Positions 56,153-64,000 of a stretch of DNA of 64,000 nucleotides are shown here, piece after piece. How positions within the stretch are numbered: position 1 is the first letter of the stretch; each line of letters opens with the position of its first letter. This DNA comes from a virus: the IMG/VR virus record IMGVR_UViG_3300034107_000725, positions 32,001-96,000 of that record, one strand, 5' to 3'. The position numbers and the translations under genes are program-made. The notes under the pieces are model-generated. The model did not search any database and was not told the origin of the DNA. It saw only the letters and a program-made list of their open reading frames with translations.

Positions 56153-59100
56153 ATGCTGAATACGACTGTCGGCCAACTGTTGGTAAACGAATCACTGCCT
56201 GAAGACTTGCGGGACTATAACCGAGTCCTGGACAAGAAAGGTATGGGTGCGTTGTTACAGCAGGTGGCTCGACAGTATCCAGAAAAGTACCGTGAAGTGT
56301 CGTTTCAGCTGAGTCAGGTTGGGCAGAGGTCAGCTCAAGACCAGGGGGGTATGTCGTTCGGCATGCGTCACCTGAAACGAAGTAAGATCGCCAACGAAAC
56401 TCGGAAACGGATTCAGGGGCAGCTAGACAACATCTTGTCTGATGACTCGCTCACAGATCAGCAACGCAACGATCTGATTGTGAAAACAGTTGGACGTGAG
56501 AGCGAACCGCAGCAGAAGGCAGTGCTGGAAGAAGCCATTCAAGCCAAGAATCCGTTAGCAATGCAAGTGCTTTCAGGTAGCCGCGGTAAGCCTATGAATC
56601 TTGCCAGCTTGCTGGCAGCAGATATGCTGTACTCGGACCACAGGGATGAGGTTATTCCAATTCCGGTGCTTCGCAGTTACAGCGAAGGCTTGTCCCCGGA
56701 AGAATACTGGGCTGGAACTTATGGTGCTCGTCGCGGGATCATCGCAACTAAGTTTGCCACTCAGGAAGCGGGATTTCTGAGCAAACAGTTAAATCAAGCA
56801 GGTCACCGGCTGGTCGTAATGGGTGAAGAGGGTGACGAAGATCCGGAAGCACCTACTCGGGGTTTGGTCGTTGATACTGACGACATGGACAACGAGGGTT
56901 CGCTTTTGGCTCGGGACGTAGGACCGTACAAGCGAAACACCCCACTTACCCCCAAGATTCTCAAACAACTACAGCGACTTGGCAAAAACCGGATTTTAGT
57001 CAGGTCGCCGATGGTTGGTGGTTCTCCTGAGGGTGGTGTTTATGCTCGAGACGTTGGTATCCGTGAACACGGTACCTTGGCAGGGTTAGGCGAGCAGGTC
57101 GGACTTCAGGCAGCTCAGGCTTTGTCTGAACCGATTAGCCAAGGGCAGCTTTCGGCAAAGCACTCTGGCGGCGTTGCCGGGCAGGAAAAGGCGGTTGGTG
57201 GATTCCAATACATCAATCAGCTGATTCAAACGCCCAAGAAGATGCAGGGTGGAGCTGCTCACTCTACATTGGACGGTACGGTGCAGCGAGTAGAACCTGC
57301 TGCTGCCGGTGGGTTCAACGTAACGATTGACGGCAAGCCGCACTATGTAGGTGAGGGCTTTGGTGTCAAAGTTAAAAAAGGGGATAACGTCGAAGCCGGG
57401 GATGTGCTTAGCGACGGTATTCCCAATCCAGCGGTCATCACTCAGTACAAAGGTGTTGGTGAGGGTCGCCGTTACTTTGTCAACGAATTCCGCAAAGCTA
57501 TGTCAGCTAGCGGTATGCAGGGACACCGCCGCAACATTGAGTTGCTGGCACGCGGATTAATCAATCACGTTAAGCTCACGGAAGAGACTGACGATCATGC
57601 TCCGGACGATATCGTCCCGTATTCTACGTTGGAGCATACATACAAGCCACGGGAAGGCCATGAGCGTCTAACGCCCAAAAAAGCGTTGGGCCAGTATCTG
57701 GAACGTCCGGTGTTGCACTACACCATTGGCACTAAGATTCGCCCGTCGATGCTTAGAGACTTCGATGATTTCGGAGTCCAGGCAATCCCGGTGCATAAGA
57801 ATCCGCCACCGTTCGAGCCACATATGGTACGAGGTATGTACCAAATGCAGCACGATCCGGATTGGATGACCCAGATGTACGGTTCCGGACTCAAAAAGAG
57901 TCTGCTGGAATCCACAGCACGTGGAGCAACCAGCGAGGAACGGGGTACCAGCTTCATCCCCAGCTTGGCGTCAGGCACTGATTTTGGCGAAGTCCCAGAT
58001 CGTGCAGTGATTCAGCCTAAGCCTGCATATTCATTGCCTAAAGTATCCATTCCTGACTTGGAGCCTGAAAATTCAGGATCCACGTTCTTTGGAGGCCGAT
58101 ACAAAGTAGGCATGCAAAAAAGGGCGGTAGAAGCGACCCCACCCAAAGTCGAGGCTCCGGCCTCCACATCTATGTCGGCTCCTACCGCCCCTACTCCCTC
58201 CCCGTCGAATGCCGCAGAGTTGGGTAGCAATAATATTATGTCCCCGGCTACAACTGTCCAGCCCAAACTGGATACAGTGACTCAGCCGATTCAACCGCCA
58301 GCGGATATACCACAGGCAAGCCAGACTCCTAGAGCAAGCCAGACTCCTCCAGCCAGTCAACCGCCGCCAGCCAGTACACCAGCACAGGTTCGGGCAGATG
58401 TGATGCAGGCTTCAAGAACCGCAACTCCGCCTCCGATTCAAGAACCTTTGCCGCAGATTAAAAGACCGTCAACTAAGATGCCAGAGCTATCTACTGGAAC
58501 CGCATCCACTTCTCGGCTAACCAGTTCTCGGCTAGGCTCACAAACAGCAGGCATTCCATGGTGGCGGGCAACAGCAAAGCCGACAGACACGACATGGAAT
58601 AAAACAGAAAATACCGAATTCCATTCTCAGCCTAACTCTGTGTTAGGTGCGACACCGTCTGTGGCCAACCTGGCTGCGAGTCGTTCCTACGCACCAGAGC
58701 CTCCAGCTGCACCTGTAAAGGGTTATGCAGATTATGCTCAAGACGCCTGGGACGCGTTTAAAAACCCTGTAACAACGATTAGTAATCAACTCTACGGTAC
58801 GCCGGAACCTACTGCGGGTAACTCGTTTTCCGATGATGGAAATCTGTTGGCTCGCTCTGGGGTAAATATGGGTCTTAAACAAATGATGGGCCGCTCTGCC
58901 CCGGCTGCGATTACTGCAGCAGCTGAAGCTGCAGTTCCATTGTCTCGGGTGGGTCGATTGGCAGCCGGAGCTCGAGCTTTGTTGCCGGGGTTTTTACCTG
59001 GGGCCAGACTGGCAGCCGGAGGTGCCGCAAGTGCTGCGGGTGGTCTATCTTTGGCACCGGCAGCGATAGGCTTTGCTGCGGTTAACGCAGGCACTGAGCT

Positions 59101-59335
59101 GCTTGACGCAGGCGGTCTTTTGCCAGAATGGGCGGGTGGAGATGGTTGGGGTACTATGGGCTGGGATCAAACTGGCTTCGAAAACGACTTTAAAGATCGG
59201 AGTATACCGGGGGCTGCCTTACATACCGTTATGAACCCACTTAAAAGCATATGGGCTGGCGGTACACGACTAGGTGATGCAGGTTATAGGGGAACGAGCT
59301 GGCTGTACGACAAGTTTAGAGGCGGGGCAAAATAG
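56153..59335 (+). CDS. RNA polymerase beta' C-terminal half with a ~400-aa non-RNAP extension
   Basis: TTVGQ, SGSRG, bridge helix TYGARRGIIATKFATQEAGFLSKQL, trigger loop AAQALSEPISQGQLSAKHSGG, GDVLSDG; then a P/S/T-rich linker and Gly/Ala hydrophobic tail. Confidence 0.9.
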   Translation: MLNTTVGQLLVNESLPEDLRDYNRVLDKKGMGALLQQVARQYPEKYREVSFQLSQVGQRSAQDQGGMSFGMRHLKRSKIANETRKRIQGQLDNILSDDSLTDQQRNDLIVKTVGRESEPQQKAVLEEAIQAKNPLAMQVLSGSRGKPMNLASLLAADMLYSDHRDEVIPIPVLRSYSEGLSPEEYWAGTYGARRGIIATKFATQEAGFLSKQLNQAGHRLVVMGEEGDEDPEAPTRGLVVDTDDMDNEGSLLARDVGPYKRNTPLTPKILKQLQRLGKNRILVRSPMVGGSPEGGVYARDVGIREHGTLAGLGEQVGLQAAQALSEPISQGQLSAKHSGGVAGQEKAVGGFQYINQLIQTPKKMQGGAAHSTLDGTVQRVEPAAAGGFNVTIDGKPHYVGEGFGVKVKKGDNVEAGDVLSDGIPNPAVITQYKGVGEGRRYFVNEFRKAMSASGMQGHRRNIELLARGLINHVKLTEETDDHAPDDIVPYSTLEHTYKPREGHERLTPKKALGQYLERPVLHYTIGTKIRPSMLRDFDDFGVQAIPVHKNPPPFEPHMVRGMYQMQHDPDWMTQMYGSGLKKSLLESTARGATSEERGTSFIPSLASGTDFGEVPDRAVIQPKPAYSLPKVSIPDLEPENSGSTFFGGRYKVGMQKRAVEATPPKVEAPASTSMSAPTAPTPSPSNAAELGSNNIMSPATTVQPKLDTVTQPIQPPADIPQASQTPRASQTPPASQPPPASTPAQVRADVMQASRTATPPPIQEPLPQIKRPSTKMPELSTGTASTSRLTSSRLGSQTAGIPWWRATAKPTDTTWNKTENTEFHSQPNSVLGATPSVANLAASRSYAPEPPAAPVKGYADYAQDAWDAFKNPVTTISNQLYGTPEPTAGNSFSDDGNLLARSGVNMGLKQMMGRSAPAAITAAAEAAVPLSRVGRLAAGARALLPGFLPGARLAAGGAASAAGGLSLAPAAIGFAAVNAGTELLDAGGLLPEWAGGDGWGTMGWDQTGFENDFKDRSIPGAALHTVMNPLKSIWAGGTRLGDAGYRGTSWLYDKFRGGAK

Positions 59336-59416
59336 TGTTTGGGTTGCGATGTTAGCCCACGTCGGGCTAAACTGAGTTATCCATCTATCTCTTTTTGTAA
59401 AATCCAGGTGATCAGG

Positions 59417-59641
59417 ATGTTCAACGGAATAATGCTTGGCGGTATCAGCGAGAAGTATGCGGGTGCTTACCTCTTGCCTCCAGCCAAACGGAAGAAGAAA
59501 AAGCCACAACCCGATGAAGTTGATCCAGAAGTGCTGGATAAAGTGGCATCTGCCGTTGTGCGTAATCAACAGGCTATCATGCAACAACAACTGGCGGCAG
59601 GCGACCTGGGCGGCGGCTGGAATCCATACGACCAAGTCTAA
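59417..59641 (+). CDS. Small hypothetical protein
   Basis: AGGA RBS before ATG 59417; KYA and KVA motifs. Confidence 0.55.
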   Translation: MFNGIMLGGISEKYAGAYLLPPAKRKKKKPQPDEVDPEVLDKVASAVVRNQQAIMQQQLAAGDLGGGWNPYDQV

Positions 59642-59691
59642 GCCAACATCACTTCTCTGGAACTGACGAGCTGTTGCTCACGGAAGGGACC

Positions 59692-62199
59692 ATGCAAACA
59701 CAACTGAATAAGACAGCCGCCCTCGGCGGCAGCGGCGGCGAAACCGAATTTGAACAGGCTTTTTCTAGCCTGGCCTATGCCTATCTACGGGATAAAGCCC
59801 CACGGTTGCTAGATTTCATGGTCGGTTTTCAACTAGTCGACCGCAATGAAGATAACACCAAAGCGATGGGTATCTTCGGATTTCAAGTTGGCAAGCAGTG
59901 GCTATATGCCCCAGTGTTCTTCTTAAACGGCGATCTCAAAGGTCACGAGTTGCTCTACATGAAGAACAACGACTCCTTTGTGCCGCTGAAGGAAAACTGG
60001 ATTAACTACATTATGAGCCGCAAGCCCCACATCTTGGGCGAGCAATCTGCCTCAAAGTTGCGAGAGCTTGGTGGCGTTTATCCGGATATCCGGACGCTTT
60101 CAATCCCACCTTCAATTGGTGGTGGCAAGCGTGCCAGTGATAACAGCTGGCTTCAAGGCGTGATGCCGATGCTGGCTGCTTTCAAAACCAAAGCGGCTAG
60201 CTCACTCTATCGTGGAGCAGGGAACCGCAAGCTCAATCAAGCTGCTGTAGTTGCCGATCCGTTCGGTGCCGCTTTGGCAAAGCAGGCTTCAATTCTGGAT
60301 TTTAACAACGTCATGCCACAGAGTCTGGAACTGATCAAGATGGCTCACGCTATCTCTGAACGGTACCCGACAATCAAACTGGCGATGCAGAAGTTCTACG
60401 GTGTAGACTGCTTCTCACGCTGGAGCAAAGACCTGCGTAACAACCTGGAGAAGGAAGCCAGCAACATTCTGCCCGTGCAGATTGCGGCCAAACCTTATAT
60501 GCCGGGCAATTTGTTGATCCCAACAGAACGACCAGCCGGACCAATCGATCACGTCAAGCAGGGCAAACTCAATCTGGATGCTCCAGAATACGTGTTTGAA
60601 CGTGGTGGATTTATTGTCGATACGCTTGATGTCAGATTCCAGGTTGAACGGGAATCTGCCGGTATTACAGACAGTCGTGCCGACGACGAAGTATCGAAGG
60701 CTTACAACACTCAAGTTGACGTGCGGATGACCAATCCAACCGAAACCAACTTGTACCGTGTGCTGGAACGTCCAGGCAAGTTCAGCAAGATGCTGGTTGT
60801 GATGCACGGCAGCAGCAACCGTGGACGAGAACCATTTGCCACGTTGGTACGACTGGAAGACAACGGCGACGGTGGTGATAAGGCCTGGCTCAACAGCCAT
60901 GCCACCAACATCTTTGCCGATCAGACCGCGGAACGCGATGAGTGGCGGGAATGGTTTGAAAGCCTGCCAGGCTCGGAATCGTTGCAAGACGGCGGTGAAT
61001 ACATCGCAGTTTCCGAGGATGGCTCGGGTACTGTGCCGTTCCATGTGCAGTCTAACTACGGCGACGGACGTCACCGTGTGGACTTCCGCACTCACGTCAA
61101 CTTCGACGAAGCTCGGCCCAGCACGATGCCTCGTTTGCAGAAGATCACCGATCCGTTTACGGAGGAAGGTTATCACATGCCGAGCACGTACGGTGCCATG
61201 CTGTACACCGATAAAGAGGGCAAGAAAGGTACACGGCTGCGAGCAATTGCCGGTGAGCTTCGCGTGCCTGACTCTTTCAAGTTCCTTAAGCTATCGGAAC
61301 CGCAAAAGCCCAGATCTGGCGAATTGATGCCTTGCTCCAATTACAACAGCCGCAGCGACATGCCGCCGATTCAGCTTGGTAAGATCGACGACATCCAGCT
61401 CTTCTTCTACGAAAAGACGGCTGGGTTGCAGTTGTTAAACAACAGCACAGACGTCTACATTGACTCGGTGCTGGGTTCAGAGCGGGTCAGTCTTAAAGAA
61501 GCCGCGTGGCATCTGGTAAGCGTGCATGGTCTTCGCGAGAAGGCAGCTCGTGAGCTGCTGGAACAGTCAGAACGTAAGGGCAAAACCAGTTACCGGATCG
61601 AGTATGCTCCGGGTTACGGCAATCAAAAGCAGGCTGGACCAAACGACAGCGTGCTGGCTGGCGGCCCAGATGCCCCAATCTTTGACGACTTTGCTGAAGA
61701 GCGAAGTGTTGAAAACTACGGGCCTCGTACTTCTGCTCCAACTCAGTACGGCGGTGAAGCTGCTTACCGTTTGAACCACTTGAGTGCAGATCAAACTGAC
61801 CCAGGTGTATGGAACCCATGGCAGAACTACGAAGCAGAAGACTTCCAGAAGAATGTACAGAAAGCTCAACAGGCTGGAGCACAGGGACAGAAGGAAGTCT
61901 TTGATACTTCGATGATCTCCGGTATGCTCAAGTCCGTTCGGCAGGATTCGCTGGTTGAACGTCACCTGGCTCCGCTGGTTGAATCTTTAGACGCCTTAGG
62001 CCGCCTGTTGATGAACTTCTACTGGCACGGCGAAGAGTTTGAAGATCGCTATGGTAAAAGCGATATGCCTGAGCTGGAAGATAGCCTTCGAAATTCCTTC
62101 GAGGCCTTGGGTGATGTTACGCTCTTCCTGAAAGAGAAAACTGTCGAATCGCCGTTTGATAGCGGTGATGTCAATCTCGAAGAAACTTCAAGGAACTAA
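59692..62199 (+). CDS. Large putative virion protein with periodic K-x-A motifs
   Basis: KTA near the N-terminus, then KAA, KQA, KEA, KTA, KQA; conserved-looking N-domain (GFQLVD...PVFFLNG). Confidence 0.7.
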   Translation: MQTQLNKTAALGGSGGETEFEQAFSSLAYAYLRDKAPRLLDFMVGFQLVDRNEDNTKAMGIFGFQVGKQWLYAPVFFLNGDLKGHELLYMKNNDSFVPLKENWINYIMSRKPHILGEQSASKLRELGGVYPDIRTLSIPPSIGGGKRASDNSWLQGVMPMLAAFKTKAASSLYRGAGNRKLNQAAVVADPFGAALAKQASILDFNNVMPQSLELIKMAHAISERYPTIKLAMQKFYGVDCFSRWSKDLRNNLEKEASNILPVQIAAKPYMPGNLLIPTERPAGPIDHVKQGKLNLDAPEYVFERGGFIVDTLDVRFQVERESAGITDSRADDEVSKAYNTQVDVRMTNPTETNLYRVLERPGKFSKMLVVMHGSSNRGREPFATLVRLEDNGDGGDKAWLNSHATNIFADQTAERDEWREWFESLPGSESLQDGGEYIAVSEDGSGTVPFHVQSNYGDGRHRVDFRTHVNFDEARPSTMPRLQKITDPFTEEGYHMPSTYGAMLYTDKEGKKGTRLRAIAGELRVPDSFKFLKLSEPQKPRSGELMPCSNYNSRSDMPPIQLGKIDDIQLFFYEKTAGLQLLNNSTDVYIDSVLGSERVSLKEAAWHLVSVHGLREKAARELLEQSERKGKTSYRIEYAPGYGNQKQAGPNDSVLAGGPDAPIFDDFAEERSVENYGPRTSAPTQYGGEAAYRLNHLSADQTDPGVWNPWQNYEAEDFQKNVQKAQQAGAQGQKEVFDTSMISGMLKSVRQDSLVERHLAPLVESLDALGRLLMNFYWHGEEFEDRYGKSDMPELEDSLRNSFEALGDVTLFLKEKTVESPFDSGDVNLEETSRN

Positions 62200-62202
62200 G
62201 CA

Positions 62203-62856
62203 ATGGCTTCAGGTTATTCACGGGTTGTCCCGTTCTCTATCATCTGTGGCACTCCAGCTTGTATCGAGCTTCCAGCACCGCCTCGCGGCGTGCTGGAACG
62301 CTTAATCATTACACAAAAAGCTGGGGATCCAGAAGCCGCGATTATCAATGTTTATGATCGTAAAGGGGCTTGCATTGCCGCCAGCGATCTGAATGTGACT
62401 GAGTCCGGCCTAGTGGCTACCATAGGAAATGATACGGGGTTTACCGCCGTAGCGTTTTCAGCTGATCATCATTTGATTGTAGGCAATCAAATTGAGATCA
62501 AGGGCAGTGATGTGACAGACTACAACACCGACCATTTGATTGTGGAAGTGGCCGACACTGACATAGTGATTACGGATGTGGCCTACACTGCTAACGGTAC
62601 GGGAGGATTGTGGCAGACGCTACCATTCAATCCAACCAACAAGCCGATCACGCATTTGATGCTGACAGCTAACGTGACTAGCGGTGAAGATCTTGTGCTG
62701 TTCGATATTCATCGAGCTTACGAGAACAAAGACAATCAAAGCGAAACGATGCGATGCCGCCATTCGTCTCTCTGGTTGGAATTTCTAACCGTAGGTGCAG
62801 TGGAGCCCAGTGATTGGGAAGTTGCATACACCTGCCAGGCAGATACTGTAATTTAA
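62203..62856 (+). CDS. Hypothetical beta-rich protein
   Basis: AAGGA RBS; colinear. Confidence 0.65.
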   Translation: MASGYSRVVPFSIICGTPACIELPAPPRGVLERLIITQKAGDPEAAIINVYDRKGACIAASDLNVTESGLVATIGNDTGFTAVAFSADHHLIVGNQIEIKGSDVTDYNTDHLIVEVADTDIVITDVAYTANGTGGLWQTLPFNPTNKPITHLMLTANVTSGEDLVLFDIHRAYENKDNQSETMRCRHSSLWLEFLTVGAVEPSDWEVAYTCQADTVI

Positions 62857-62866
62857 GGGGAGCTGT

Positions 62867-63877
62867 TTGAAGGTCTACAGGGACATAAGACTCGCTGATC
62901 CATTTCTTCGTCCGTACTGGCGTCATGAACGCGTAGTACGGATGTTAGGTAGCGTGCCTCCAGCACGGTGTCGGCGATATGACGATATCTGGATTCAAGA
63001 GTACAAGAAGTTCTTATTTGCATGGCGACGCGGTGTAGAGCATCGCGAACGCCTGCTTTATGAGAACCCGGGCTTGTACTATGCTTACAACCTGTATGAC
63101 CGCATGCATATTGAGCCAGACATGGCTCTCATGATTGAAGCTCGCCTGTTAGCGGGAAGCACTCCGGAAATGATTGCAAACGAGTGCAAGACCATTCCGG
63201 AAACAATCGAGTGGTACGAACGTCTGTTTTTCAACGTATTGGACTTTCTACCTCATCACGATTGGATTCTTAAAAACGTACTCCTACCCGCGTCTGATCG
63301 TTTTGTCGACCCTTCGATTGACGCAGTCACGAGCCTGAGAAATCCCACGGAAATCGTGCGACCATACCTGGACATGACACTGAAATTTTTCGCTTACTTT
63401 GGCGGACCGCTCGTTTGCGATATCATGATAAGTGGATTTCGACGTAACAACCAGGTTCAAAATCCAGAAGATCTTACGGACTACTTCAACGATCATTTTG
63501 CCAGTCAGCTACAACGCCGCAGTGCTCAAGCTGCCGGACAGTTTGAAATCAACAAGTACAACATCATGGAGTTGTTCACAACTCACACGAGACTTATTGA
63601 AGTGCAAAGATCCGGCAAGAATCCCGAAAATCGACACAACGATTTTGAAATGAACATCAACGAAATGTTGACCGCAATTCCTTGGACTGCCGGTAAGGCC
63701 AGCAAGACTCTGTATGAAGGTTCTATGATTGGACTGTATGATGACAGTGCGATCGAACTGGATTCGGAAGAAACAATCTTAACTGGTGTAGGTATGGAAT
63801 TGGAATCAGCCAGAGAAGCCAAAGCCACTCGAGTTTACAGCCAGGGGGAGCCACAACGCGATGCAAAGTCTAAGTAA
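62867..63877 (+). CDS. Hypothetical protein
   Basis: GGGGAG RBS before a TTG start; 336-aa ORF. Confidence 0.7.
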   Translation: MKVYRDIRLADPFLRPYWRHERVVRMLGSVPPARCRRYDDIWIQEYKKFLFAWRRGVEHRERLLYENPGLYYAYNLYDRMHIEPDMALMIEARLLAGSTPEMIANECKTIPETIEWYERLFFNVLDFLPHHDWILKNVLLPASDRFVDPSIDAVTSLRNPTEIVRPYLDMTLKFFAYFGGPLVCDIMISGFRRNNQVQNPEDLTDYFNDHFASQLQRRSAQAAGQFEINKYNIMELFTTHTRLIEVQRSGKNPENRHNDFEMNINEMLTAIPWTAGKASKTLYEGSMIGLYDDSAIELDSEETILTGVGMELESAREAKATRVYSQGEPQRDAKSK

Positions 63878-64000
63878 ATCGGACGAGCAGAAACTACTGG
63901 ACGGAGTCAAACAGGCTGTAGCCTTGGTTGACGATAAGGGTCTGACACCAGATGCCGCTTTGCAAAAAGTAGCAGAAGACCTGCAATATTCCCCCGGTTT
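63861..64000 (+). CDS. 3'-truncated protein (MQSLSKSDEQKLLDGVKQAVALVDDKGLTPDAALQKVAEDL...)
   Basis: GGGGGAG RBS; open to the window end; KQA and KVA motifs. Confidence 0.6.
   Translation, partial: MQSLSKSDEQKLLDGVKQAVALVDDKGLTPDAALQKVAEDLQYSPG

Noticed and set aside
50004-59335. Calling these genes cellular rpoB/rpoC of a bacterial chromosome
   Set aside because: No rplL/rpsL context, a rearranged architecture, lost Zn sites, and a portal plus phage-type neighbours; gene symbols were withheld.
60415-61176. Long antisense ORFs (for example 60415..61176, 34084..34728, 2017..2514, 54561..54974)
   Set aside because: They lie entirely opposite well-supported genes, have no recognisable motifs, and are explained by codon bias or repeats.
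1-64000. CRISPR array, transposase, integrase, rRNA or canonical tRNA genes
   Set aside because: No regularly spaced repeats or recognisable motifs were seen by eye; a tRNAscan run would be needed to fully exclude tRNAs.
1-64000. Alternative genetic code (stop-codon recoding)
   Set aside because: Conserved long genes are intact under code 11, and TAA, TAG and TGA all terminate genes at tight junctions.

Overview
This is a 64-kb, gene-dense, almost entirely plus-strand segment of a large tailed-phage genome (standard genetic code). A Planctomycetota host is inferred from several host-like genes. The window has five main components. (1) A portal-like gene and many virion-type, Gly/Ala/Pro-rich proteins. 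(2) A bacterial-type multi-subunit RNA polymerase in an unusual layout: beta is fused to the N-half of beta', the C-half of beta' is a separate gene with a ~400-aa extra tail, and both beta' zinc sites appear lost. (3) A large surface-chemistry arsenal: about ten glycosyltransferase-like genes, methyltransferases, sulfotransferase-like genes and a PhyH dioxygenase. (4) A tubulin/FtsZ-family GTPase, SNF2 ATPase, Dps, SET-domain protein, CsrA and a LuxR-type HTH protein. (5) Nucleotide metabolism genes (thyX, class II RNR). The most striking unannotated pattern is a recurring K-x-A motif. It clusters in virion-type proteins and sits at the edges of folded domains (Dps, SNF2, SET, RNAP beta'-C), which suggests a protease-processing or packaging code for enzyme cargo delivered with the virion. 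Two intergenic structured RNA candidates were found by hand folding: a tRNA-like 132-nt element and a ~197-nt element whose 5' end matches a TATAAT promoter. All family assignments come from recognising motifs by eye and from memory of reference sequences; no searches were run.
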